From Anaeramoeba ignava BMAN (taxonomy: Eukaryota > Protista > Anaeramoebae): 64,000 nucleotides of DNA. The stretch is taken from the NCBI GenBank assembly GCA_028826165.1, contig JAPDFW010000076.1:124001-188000 (forward strand). The letters are read 5' to 3'. The position numbers and the translations under genes were made by a program. Positions 23,889 through 35,474 of this stretch are shown piece by piece (the stretch's first letter is position 1; every line of letters starts with the position of its first letter). Below the pieces are notes generated by a model. The model did not search any database and was not told where the DNA came from. It was given only the letters and a program-made list of their open reading frames with translations.

Positions 23889-26800
23889 ATGGAGTTTGTT
23901 GACGAGAAAGCAATCGATGAAATTCTTACATGGGTAGCTGAAATTTCACAACAAAGAGTTACAAAACAAAGTTCAATAAATTCAATTTCACAAGCAGCAT
24001 GCAAAGTTCTAAATAAAATTTCAAACAGTTCCATTTCACCAATGATAATTGAAGAGTAAGAACAACAATAAAAAAAAATTAATTAAATTTAATTAAAATA
24101 AATTTTTTTTTGCTTTTTTTTTTATTTTAGTTCTGAAAATATTCCAAGAATTAAAAGTTTAAATGTTTTTTCAAGAAATCTTGATATTCTCCCAAAATAT
24201 GAGATTAGATTAGATGCAGATGATAAAAATTGGAAAGAAACTTTCATTCCATTATTTCTTCAATTTGGAATTGTTGCAAGAAAATCGCAAGTTTCACCAG
24301 AATTAAAATTAAGCAATGAAGATATATTAAAGACAATTGAAGAACGAGATAAAGTTGAACTAGCAAAATATATTGAAGAGAAACAAAAGCAACAGCAAAA
24401 TCAAAAGAAGCAATTTCAAAATATGCAAAGAGAAAGACAAAAGGCTTTAAAAGAATCGCAAACAGGATTGAATCAGTCAAAAAGAGTTACCGATAATGAA
24501 CTTCCTAAAAAACCGCAGCAGCCAAAAGTTTTGAAAGACAAACAGAAATCAACGCTTAAAATTGAGTTCAAAATCATAATGTGTTCCATTGAAGAAGGGA
24601 ACGACGCGCTTCTTGTAACTGCTTCTCCAAGCGGGAAAGTGTCTATTTATGTGACTGAGAAATTAAGAGGATTTGAGCAATGGAAGAAGCATTTGATCTT
24701 TTTTTTGCAGCCTGTTATTATTCGTGCTTTGACGATGGATCCAACTTTGAAAGTGGGACTTTTTCATCTTTCAAAAGGAACTTTCCAATTTTTTGAAACA
24801 ACACAACAAATGGAAGAAATTATGGAAGAGAAAAATTTTGTTGATCATATTTATGCATTAATCAATAATAAGGACGAAGACTCAACAACTTCTTCCTCTT
24901 CCTCTTCTGATTTTGATTTAGATGGCGATGATCTTAAGGATATGAATAAAATAACAAATCCTGATGCCAAACCTTTACAAGATATTATTGTTAGTCCAGT
25001 CGAAGACGAGATTCCTTGTGAAAAGATTGGCGAAGCACTCAAAATAAAAGAGTATGCATCTTTTACAATTCGAGTTAAACGAGGAGAATATTTCCAAGAT
25101 GGTGTCTTAACTATTCGAGGAAAGAAACTTGATGTTGTTTCGTCTGCCAAGATATTATTTAAGGCTATGGTTAATCATGTTGAAGTAAAATTTATAAAAT
25201 TTAATTATTATAAAATTTAATTATAAAATTTATTAAATTTATTAAATTTATTCTTTGAATATTTCTATAGGCTAATACAAATGAAGACTTGACATCTGTT
25301 ATAATTACTTCCAAGAAAAAAAAGCATTCTTATGAGTTTTTCCCATTTTCAAGAACAATGTCTCAAGTTATAAAAGCAACAATTAATCAAATGGCAAAAT
25401 CAAAAGACAAAAAAATCCTTTCATTCAAAAAAGCTGGCCCAACAACTTCAGTCAATATAAGACCTCGAAAAGAAATGCATTTCACAATGAAGAAAAAAAA
25501 CGAAAAATTTGTTGAATTCAAACCAAGTGAGAAGAAACTGAAAAAGGCTGAAGGAACAATTAAAAAACGAGTCAAAGATGGAAAAATATCACATGCTGTT
25601 ACAATTATTTCAGATGTTGAATTTATTCCAGCCGAACTTGATATTGATCCTGATTCGATTGAACTTAAATTTTCAAATCAAAAAGAACAAGATCCACTGG
25701 ACAAAGTTCTTATTCAGGCTCATGAGCATAACATGTCATTGTTCAAGATACAGTTTACTAATGGCCATCTTTATTTGATTAGTGCTGGATCACCTAAAGA
25801 AGCTAAAATTATAATGTACGCTATTCAAGGATACAGAGCCGGTGTTTTTAAACTTGATAATGAAAAAGAAAAACAAAAGCAAGAAGAAGAAGAAAAAGCG
25901 AGATTATTATTATTACAGCAACAAGAAGAAGAAAAAGCAAAATTATTATTATTACAACAACAACAAAAAGAAAGAGAAGAAAAAGAAGCACAAGAAAGAA
26001 AAGATAGAGAAGAGCAAGAAAGAAAAGATAGAGAAGAACAAGAAAGAAAAGATAGAGAAGAACAAGAAAGAAAAGAAAAAGAAGAACAAGAAAAAGCAAG
26101 ATTATTATTATTACAACAACAAAAAGAAAAGGAAGATAGAGAAGAGCAAGAAAGAAAAGAAAAAGAAGAGCAAGAAAGAAAAGAAAAAAAAACAATGAAA
26201 GAAAAAGAAAAAAAAAAGAAGAAGAAAAAAAAGAAGAAAAGAAAAACAAAAAGTGAAAAAGAAAAAAAAAGAAAAAAAGAAAAGATCAATTTACAAAGAC
26301 ATTTAAAACCAAAAACTGGAAGAACAAAGAAAAAAAAAAGAAAAGAACTGGAAAAAGAAAAAGAAAAATGAAAAGAAAAAGAAAGAAAGAAAGAAAAAGA
26401 AAAGGAGAAAAAGAAAAAAAAGAAAAAAAAGAAAGATAGAGAAGAGCAAGAAAGAAAGATAGAGAAGAAGAAAAAAAGAAAAGATAGAGAAGAAAAGAAG
26501 AGAAAGAAAGAAAAGAAAAAGAAGAAAGATCAACGAAAAGATCAAAGAAAAATAGAGAAAAACAAAAGAAAAAGAAAGAAAAAAAAGAAAAGAGAAAAAG
26601 AAAAAAAGAAAGAAGAAGAAGAAGAAAGAAAAAGAAAAGAAAAAGAAAAAGAAAAAAGAAAAAAAAAGAAAAAGAAAAAAGAAAGAAAAAAAAAGAAAAA
26701 GAAAAGAAAAAGATCAAATTATAAAAACAACGAAGAAAGAAAAGAAAAAGAAAATGAATCAAAAGAAAAAGAAAAAGAAAGAGAAAGAAAAGAAAAGAAG

Positions 26801-29800
26801 AAAGAGAAAGAAAAGAAAAAGAAGAAAAAGAAAGATTGGAAAGAGAAGAAAAAGAAAGAAAAGAAAAAGAAAGAAAAGAAAGAGAAGAAAAAGAAAGAAA
26901 GGAAAGAGAAGAAAAAGAAAGAAAAGAAAGAGAAGAAAAAGCAAGATTGGCACAATTAAAAAAAGAAAAAGAAGAAAGAGAAAGAAAAGAAAGAGAAGAA
27001 AAAGAAAGAAAAGAAAGAGAAGAAAAAGAAAGAAAAGAAAGAGAAGAAAGAAAAGAAAGAAAAGAAAAAGAAAGAAAAGAAAGAGAAGAAAAAGCAAGAA
27101 AGGAAAAAGAAGAAAAAGCAAGATTGGCACAATTAAAAAAAGAAGAAAGAGAAAGAAGAAGAAAAGAAATATTGGAAAAAAGAAAGAAAGAAGAAGAAGA
27201 AAAACGAAGACAAATGGAAGAAAGATCAGTGGAAATTGAATACGACTTTGTGTCTGTAATCAACCCAAAGGAAAAAGATGACCAATGGGTAACAAACGAA
27301 GATTCGCAAGAATTAACACGGGAAAAAGATTTGAAAAAAGCCAAGAAAGTCCAGATTGTTCCCAAGGTCGAGATAACGATGGACGAGAAAGAAATGATAA
27401 GACAAGTCCAGCATTTCTTTGCACAGGGATTAGCAGTGTTTCAAGTATACATCCTGGTGCCTGAAACAGGATTCGAAATCAAAACAAAAGTGCAACTTAA
27501 ACCGCGCAATTTCAAGATTGCAATCATGGGAAGAAAAACAATCAAAAAACAATACTCTGCGCTTCAAAACATCAATATCTTGTCGACTCTCAGAAACTCT
27601 TTCCTTGTTGAGCTGAAGATTGGCACACATGAAGTGATTGATCTGAAAATGGAAAACGCAGATCAGCAATCGCTTCTGTATAAAACGTTCCGAATGTTCC
27701 AATTCTACGGAGAAGATTTCCTTGCAAATTGCCCGATTCACGGCGAGATTCTGGGATACACACACGAGATGAAGGCGCTTGTGATGCGGATCGATCATCT
27801 CGGAAAGGCAGGGTTCCAGATCAAGTACGGACATAAGAGTATGGGGAAGAAGAAGATCGCAGGATTGTTGCGTTTGGAGAAAGTGTCTGGAGCAATAGTG
27901 CCACATATTGGAGGAGAGGCTATCACGTTCTCATACACGGAAAACGCAGCACAACTCTTTGCCAGCAGCGAGGAGGATAAAAAGCTTGAGCTTGTGCTCG
28001 AAAAGCCTCGACGGATGGAAACAGGAATCTGGTGCGTGTCGCGCAGTCAGATGGAGCTTGTTTTGCGCACATTCAACATCTTCTCAAGCGAGGCAATGAA
28101 CGCGTTCCAGAACCAGATGTATGAGACAACGGAGATGCGCGAGCCAACAAGACAAAACCAGAAGATTGTGTCAAGCATCCTCACACAAGATGGAGAGTAC
28201 AAGAAGGAAATGGAGAGCACTTGGGAACACGGGGAAGATCAGACAGGATTCGTGAATATGGTATCAGCAAATTTCGAGAATCGCACAGCGCGAACTCAAC
28301 CTGGATGGAGGGAAGAACTCAGCGACGAGGATTCCGAAGGCGAATTTGGCGCACTTTCATATGCACAAAAACAACTACAAAGCGGAAGAATCGTATACAC
28401 ACAATTCACAAAATTTGGAGAGGCTCAGATTGTACAAGAACAGGTAGCATCACCAGTTGCAAGCGATTGGGGATTGAAATGTCCGATCGTGAGATTGCAG
28501 GATAGACAATCAAGGGAAGACAAAATGTCGAAGAACATTGTGCATTATTTATCCTCAGGAGTGGCACAATTTTCAGTTAAGATCATCTCCGCAAAGACAG
28601 AACATCCTGCGATAATCAAACTTTCGCCTGCAAACGCAACCCTCAAGACTACAATCACCAGCGACGAGCATCGAATGCATTACCGTCTCGATTACAACTC
28701 CAACATCCGCTTCTTGCTCCACACAATCAAGATCAACCGGATGATTCTGGATCTTCCTGGCGCACAGCAGCTTGTTGTTATGATGAAGAACCCTTTCCAG
28801 CGCGATCTTTTTGTGAACGCTTTTCTTGCTTTCCAGACAGTATTTCTCTCCACAGATGCGACAATGCGCACAAAAATGATGGATGAGAACCTTGCTGTTG
28901 TTGTGTCTCCTTCACCTCGCAAGAGCACACAATCCAAGAAAAACTTCTTCCGAACAGCACAGCACCACAGTCAGTTTGTATATGACGAGAAAGATAGCAC
29001 ACTCAATCATCTCCAGCAAGTCCGCAAGGATGAGATTCCCGACAGACTCCGCTCGCTCATGCATCGCCAATCCAACTACAAACTTCTTCTGCACGATTCT
29101 CTCGACAGACCTGTTGTGCACGCAAACGCCAAGCTCGAGAAAGATCATTTCGAAATCTCTGCGCCTAGCATGATGCTCCGCAGAAGATACTCACCTTTTG
29201 CGCGGTTGTTTTTCGAAACACACTCTTCACTTAAGGCGCGTTTCCATATCGACGAATTGGAGTTTCTTCTCATCTCTTTCCCATCGTACGAAGCACGAGT
29301 TGCATTTGAGCTGGATTTCCAAGCCAAAAAAAAGCATACAATTGGTGTCTCTCGCATTTTCTGGCGAGCAAAAACAAAGGAAATGGACAGCGTCACACAC
29401 ATTTTTGACTGCCATATTTATACACAAGACGGAAAGCGCGAAGGACAAATCAAACTCGATCGAGATTGTTTCAGTGTGGAAACCAACTATCTTCTTCTTT
29501 CTACAGATGTGCGCAGCGATCTCGGACCAAAGAACCCTTTCCGAGTGAACACATCCACACCTTCTGTTTTCCAGACACAGGATGCTATCACTCTGGAATA
29601 CTCGCCACCACTCGCCACAAAGCGAAGCCCGCAACGCGACCGTGTTGTTTTCATCTCAATGGGATATGAGCTTTTCCTCACAGCCAAGTTCGCGACAAAA
29701 GAGGATGCTGAACAGTTCGAGCATGAATTCGATCTTTACAAATCAAACTTCCTTTCATATCTTGTGCGCGAGAGTCTTATTCGCTCAGAATCTACCAAGA

Positions 29801-32800
29801 AGTTCCAAGCCACAGTGATCAAGAACAAAACCGATGTTCTTGGATTAATGGACATAACATTGGATCTCGGTTCTTTGGAGATTGCTCCGCGCACAGGTGA
29901 TGGACAAGTCCTTGAGGTTTCCGATGTGGATATGTACATGAAGTTGCCTCTTTTCAACGCAAAAGTTTCATTCAATCCCGAAAACCCGCTTAAATGCGAA
30001 CTTGAAGGAGAAGACGATTCAATCATCCAGTTCCTCTTCGGCAACGAGACTACTCGTCGTCAATTTATGCGCTCGCTCAAGGTATTCGATCCTGCTAAGG
30101 AGTTCTGTTGCACGACAGAAAGCGAAGACGCAGAAGAAATGGAACCAGCATACACATTCCGCGTCTTTCTCTTCGAAGATAACGGAAAACCCTTTTCACA
30201 TGCAAAAATCAAGATTTCCAGCAAGGAATTTGTTATCTATCCGAAAATCTCTGCCCAAAACATGAGACATCCGCCTATCATTTTGGATATTGTCACAACA
30301 AAGGTGTTTGTATCGCCTGACAATTTGCGAACTGCGCGTGTTGAGATGAAACCTGAAGATCCTTTCCTTGCTCAGTTCATCTCGCCTGTGGAACGTGATA
30401 ATTTCGTCCGCGTTTTCCATTCAATCAAAAACAAGATGCGCACTTATGCAATGCTCTCGGCTCTTGAAGAGGACACTGAGAAACTTATTGAAGACGACGA
30501 CGAGATTTTGGAAATGATCCAAGAAACAGATCTTGTTGAGATTCCCGATCCTGATCCTGTGGATCTCTCTCGATCCTATGAAGTCAAGGTATGCGACTCC
30601 AAGCTCAAGCCTCTCTACAACGCGCGTTTACGCATCAACGCAAGCATTCTTGTTGTGGAGAATCTGGAATCAGGCGAGACCCTGAACGAGCATCTCTATC
30701 TGCACTTCAAGATCCAGACATCTCCCGAAGACATTTCAGTGATGCGAATAATTAACGGTGAAAAATCGTATATTTTCCAATTCCAAAAGGACGAACTTTG
30801 CAAGGATGCCGAGCAAGATCTCGAGTACATCAAGCGTAACATGAAACATCTTGTTTTCAATGTGAAGTACTCGCTGTCTGGCAATCAAGTCCCAGCCAAG
30901 ATCATTCTCCAACCCTCTTTCTTCATTATCGAATCTGCGGCTCCAGCTGTTCCCATTCCGTATCTTGCAATGACAACCTCTATTTCTCCAAAGCCTTCAA
31001 AGATGCTCAGGATCTATCACAACGAAAATGCCTATTCCATCTGGTGCGCTCAAATCCCGCGCAGAAATCATCTCATTAAGCGATTAATCTTCCTCAAAAA
31101 TCGTAAACCTCCAGATGAGCAACTTGAGATCGAAGACAATGCAGATCAAGACCAAGTCCAGAAACATGAAGACTCTCTTATGGATCAACAGAAAAAGAAG
31201 GAGGAAGAGCTTAGAGAGCAAAAGAAACATGAGAAAGAACTCAAGGAACAGCAACTTAAGGAACAGAAAGACAAAGAGCAAAAGCAAAGAGAAAAGGAGC
31301 TCAAAGAGCAACAAGAGATCGAAAGAAGAAAGAACGAGAAAAAAGAGAAAAAACGAATACAAAGAGAGAAGGAATTAAAGGAACAACAAGAAAAAGATCA
31401 AAAATTAAAAGAACAAAGAGAAAGAGAAGAAAAAGAGCAAAGAGAAAAAGATCAAAAAGAAAAAGATCGATTAGCATTATTACAAAAAGAAAAAGATCAA
31501 AAGGAAAAAGATCAAAAAGAAAAAGATCAAAAGGAAAAAGATAGATTAGCATTATTACAAAAAGAAAAAGATCAAAAGGAAAAAGATCGATTAGCATTAT
31601 TACAAAAAGAAAAAGATCAAAAAGAAAAAGATCGATTAGCATTATTACAAAAAGAAAAAGATCAAAAAGAAAAAGATAGATTAGCATTATTACAAAAAGA
31701 AAAAGATCAAAAAGAAAAAGATAGATTAGCATTATTACAAAAAGAAAAAGAAGAAAGAGAAAAAAAAGAAAAAGAAGAAAGAGAACAAAAAGAAAAAGAA
31801 GAAAGAGAACAAAAGGAAAAAGATAGATTAGCATTATTACAAAAAGAAAAAGAAGAAAGAGAAAAAAAAGAAAAAGAAGAAAGAGAACAACAAGAAAAAG
31901 AACAACAAGAAAAAGAACAACTCCAAATTTTCCCAATTTTCATTTTCAAGAAAAAATCCAAAACAGAAAAAGATAAAGGCTCATTTTATTTATATCCAGA
32001 CAAAATTGGGCTCAAAATCGATCAACAAGAAATGATCTTCTTCAGTTACACAATACCAATCTCCAACTTTTTCAACAAAACAAAGAAACAAATCATCAAA
32101 ATTGTATTTGGAGCGGATCACGAACACGAATACATAGTTCAATTCTCAACAATAGATGCAAGAGTGAAGTTTCTTCATTTATTATCGAAATATCAACTTG
32201 AAAACACACAAAAGGAACAAGAAGAAAAAAAAGATCCGAACAAACAAAACCAGCCATCGGAACAAAAAAAGACAACCACAGAAGAAGAAAATTTCACTGA
32301 ATCAACCGTATTGTTTCAAGACGCAAAAACAAAAGAAGAAACAATGGGTTCAGTCAAGTATAACGCACAGAAAATTATATGCAGCATGAAAAACACTCTC
32401 GACAAAGAATTCATCATTTCTAAAGACTTAAAACTCCGCATCTCAAAAAGTTCGGATGTTTTGCAACTTCAACTTGATGATCAAAAGATCCTTTTCAAAT
32501 TCCTCGAAAATTCCGAAAAGGAAAATTTTGTTCAGAAATTCAAGTATCTTACTAACAAATCCTTTAAGGTCTTCATCCTCAAAAAAGGAAGCACTAAAAT
32601 CCCTGAAAATGTTCATGCTAAAGTTACCATTGATGGAAATACTCTTTCAGTTACAATCAAAAATGACCAAACTTATTCACTTGATATCCCTCAAACTGCA
32701 AAAGTTCTTCTTTCAACAAAACGTCTTGAATTCGCTAAGATTCTTTTGGGTGAAGCTAACGAATTATTTTTCCGTTTTTCAAACGAAAATGCTTCAAAAG

Positions 32801-32829
32801 CATTTAGAGATCAATTCCAAGCGAGATGA
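23889..32829 (+). CDS. Giant protein: degenerate calponin-homology domain, ~14 tandem PH-like (SCAB-PH-like) domains and ER/K charged helices (paralog A)
   Basis: Exons 23889-24055, 24131-25184 and 25271 onward, in frame. The frame breaks only in the purine tract ~26190-26835. Repeated ~85-100 aa units begin F-x-V/I and end in R-x-x-F-x-x-x-F helices. Confidence 0.7.
25960..27220 (+). repeat. Purine-rich coding low-complexity tract (EREEKERK), with a locally broken frame
   Basis: Almost only A/G; KERKEREE units; KARLAQLKKE occurs twice. Confidence 0.85.
31440..31920 (+). repeat. Coding 45-bp tandem repeat KDRLALLQKEKDQKE
   Basis: gat(c/a)gattagcattattacaaaaagaaaaa occurs about 7 times. Confidence 0.9.
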
Positions 32830-32954
32830 TCTCTTTTTCTTTTCTTTTCTTTTCATTTCAATTTTTTTTTTCATTTCAATTTGATTTTTTCTTCAAATCA
32901 AGAATTCAATTCATTTCCATTTTTCATTTTTCATTTTTCATTTTTTTTCTTAAA

Positions 32955-35252
32955 ATGTTTATTCAAAAATATCATATTTTTATTTTTGTTGATTTTATTC
33001 AAAATTTTAAACAAGATTTTAAACAATTTGTTGAACGAAATCTTTTCTCTTTTTTAAATCAAATTCAAAATGAAATTCAAATTAATATTCATCTTCATTT
33101 ATTAATTCCATTTATTAATCAAGAAATTTTGAAAGAAATTAATTTAACAATAAATGATAATTTATCAATTAAATTTTTAAACAAAGAAAATATTCAAATT
33201 AATTCATTTTTCTATTTTCAACAATTTGTTAATACTCTTCAAAAAATTTCAGTTTTTGATCTTTTGGATGTAATTTGGTTCACTCAAGACTCTCAAAATG
33301 ATTTTAATAATAAAGAAATGATTGCTTGTTATGGATTACTTCGTTTTATTCAGAAAGAATATCATTTTTCAAAAGTTAAAATTATTTGTTTTGAAAAACC
33401 TTCAAATTTTTTAGAAAAGTTATGTGAATTTTTAGAAATTAAAATTGACAAAGAGATCAATTTTTTTGCAAGAATTATTTGGAGAGGAGAATTTATTGGA
33501 GATTTTGAATTTGAAAATCAAAATCAAAATCAAAATCAAAATATAAATCAAAAAATAAATATAAATCAAAATATAAATCAAAATCAAAATCAAAATCAAA
33601 ATATAAATCAAAATCAAAATATAAATCAAAATCAAAATCAAAATCAAAATCAAAATCAAATTCAAAATCAAAATCTAAATCAAATTCAAAATCTAAATCA
33701 AAATCAAAATCTAAATCAAAATCAAAATCAAAATATAAATCAAAATCAAAATATAAATCAAAATCAAAATATAAATCAAAATCAAAATATAAATCAAAAT
33801 CAAAATCAAAATCAAAATATAAATCAAAATCTAAATCAAAATATAAATCAAAATCAAAATATAAATCAAAATCAAAAAATTGATTTCATTATTATTCCAC
33901 AAAATTTACACCCACTTAATCCAAATAAATCAAAAAAAAATATTAATGCACGCAAAAAACGCAAAAAAAATAGAATTCAATGTAATCAATGCTTGGAATG
34001 GTTTGGTATCACAGATTCAAATTCTCAAATTAAATCAAAATTCTTTTGTCAAAAATGTACTCAAAAATCAATCTTTTTCCAAAATTCAATTTCTCAACTA
34101 GATTTATCACAAAATATCCTTCAAAAATTAAAGGAAAACCAAATTTATCAACTTAACAAATCAAATTTTTGTGTAAGAAATATTCTTCAATTCATATCTT
34201 TTTGTTCAACACTTAATTTTCCTTCAACTTGGCTTGTTCCTGATACTTCAATGATAATTTCAAGAAATAACACATTTCAACAAAATCCTTTTTTTGAAAA
34301 AATATCTCAAGATGATTCACATTCACTTTCTATGATTGTTCAAATGAAACAGACAATTTACCAATTGAACAAATGGGATTCTTTTCAAAATCTACTTGAT
34401 CCATCAAATTCTTTAAAAATATCTTCTTTTATCCAAATTTCAAACAATTCTTCCATGGAATTTATCATCGAAAATTCACAAAATTTCCCAAATAACTCAT
34501 ATTTTCTGGTTTATAAATTTCAGAATAATTTAATGATTCAACCAATCGATCCACTTTTTAATTCCAAAGATTTAATTGATAAAATTTCAATCAAATCAAA
34601 ATCAATTCAAAATTTTAATAAAATTAATTTCCAGGATTCAACAAACAAAGTTATCTCAAAAATCAATTCTATCCCAATTTCAGGAATCCAAGAAATTCAG
34701 AAAAATTCTTTATTTACAAATTCAAAACAAAAAGATGAATTTTTAAATAATAATTTTTTGCAAAAATATCTTTCATCAAAAGAATCATTTCTTCAAATTT
34801 TACAGAAAAATTCACATGAAAATTCTCACATTCTAGAAAACCCTTACTTGCAATCTCCTCAAAGCAATATTTCAATAAACTCTATTGCAGAAATGAAAAA
34901 AAATTCAATTCCAAAACTCAATCAAAAAAATTCCAAAAAAATAAATCTTATTCAACAGGAAAAAACAAATATTTTTCATAAAAGTCCATCAAATCTTATT
35001 CTAAATCAAAATAGAACAAATTTAGCAAAAATTATTCAACAAGAAATGATTAAAATTCAAAAAGAAAAAAGTGGAACAAAAGTAAATTGGAAAATAATTG
35101 AACAAACTTTGTTTAATATTTGTTATATTGTGATAAAAAATTCAAATAAAAACTTTGAGAATGAAATATTAGATGAAAATTTAATTCAAAATATTGTAGT
35201 TAGATATGCTAAAAACGTTTTTATTGATTTTTTAGAACAAAAAGAAATTTAA
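32955..35252 (+). CDS. Probable divergent MTBP (Mdm2-binding protein / Sld7-like origin-firing factor) with a QN repeat and a Cys4 insert
   Basis: ATG 32955. Recalled MTBP-like blocks: LDVIWF..CYGLLRFIQKEYHFSKVKII..LEKLCEFL..IIWRGEF at the N-terminus and NLAKIIQQEM..EQTLFNICYIVIK..YAKNVFIDFL at the C-terminus. Confidence 0.55.
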   Translation: MFIQKYHIFIFVDFIQNFKQDFKQFVERNLFSFLNQIQNEIQINIHLHLLIPFINQEILKEINLTINDNLSIKFLNKENIQINSFFYFQQFVNTLQKISVFDLLDVIWFTQDSQNDFNNKEMIACYGLLRFIQKEYHFSKVKIICFEKPSNFLEKLCEFLEIKIDKEINFFARIIWRGEFIGDFEFENQNQNQNQNINQKININQNINQNQNQNQNINQNQNINQNQNQNQNQNQIQNQNLNQIQNLNQNQNLNQNQNQNINQNQNINQNQNINQNQNINQNQNQNQNINQNLNQNINQNQNINQNQKIDFIIIPQNLHPLNPNKSKKNINARKKRKKNRIQCNQCLEWFGITDSNSQIKSKFFCQKCTQKSIFFQNSISQLDLSQNILQKLKENQIYQLNKSNFCVRNILQFISFCSTLNFPSTWLVPDTSMIISRNNTFQQNPFFEKISQDDSHSLSMIVQMKQTIYQLNKWDSFQNLLDPSNSLKISSFIQISNNSSMEFIIENSQNFPNNSYFLVYKFQNNLMIQPIDPLFNSKDLIDKISIKSKSIQNFNKINFQDSTNKVISKINSIPISGIQEIQKNSLFTNSKQKDEFLNNNFLQKYLSSKESFLQILQKNSHENSHILENPYLQSPQSNISINSIAEMKKNSIPKLNQKNSKKINLIQQEKTNIFHKSPSNLILNQNRTNLAKIIQQEMIKIQKEKSGTKVNWKIIEQTLFNICYIVIKNSNKNFENEILDENLIQNIVVRYAKNVFIDFLEQKEI
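33513..33878 (+). repeat. Coding (QN/IN)n microsatellite
   Basis: aatcaa/aatata hexamers, in frame. Confidence 0.9.
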
Positions 35253-35474
35253 ATAAAAATTAAATTTTTTTTTTTTCATTTTTTTTTCATTTTTGGTTTT
35301 TCATTTTTTTCATTTTTTTCAATTTATTTCGGTTTATTTTTTTTTAGAAAGATTAAGAACAGAACTTTTTACTTTCCTTTTTTCTTATTTTATCTTATCT
35401 TATCTTTTTTTCCGTTAAAAAAAAATTCCTATTTTAAAACAAAAAAAAAATTTTTTTGACTTTTTTTTTATAAA

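Noticed and set aside
25825-27365. Long antisense F/S/L-rich ORFs (also 12536-13052, 31301-31936, 37586-38346, 53619-54103)
   Set aside because: These are shadows of purine-rich coding repeats on the opposite strand.
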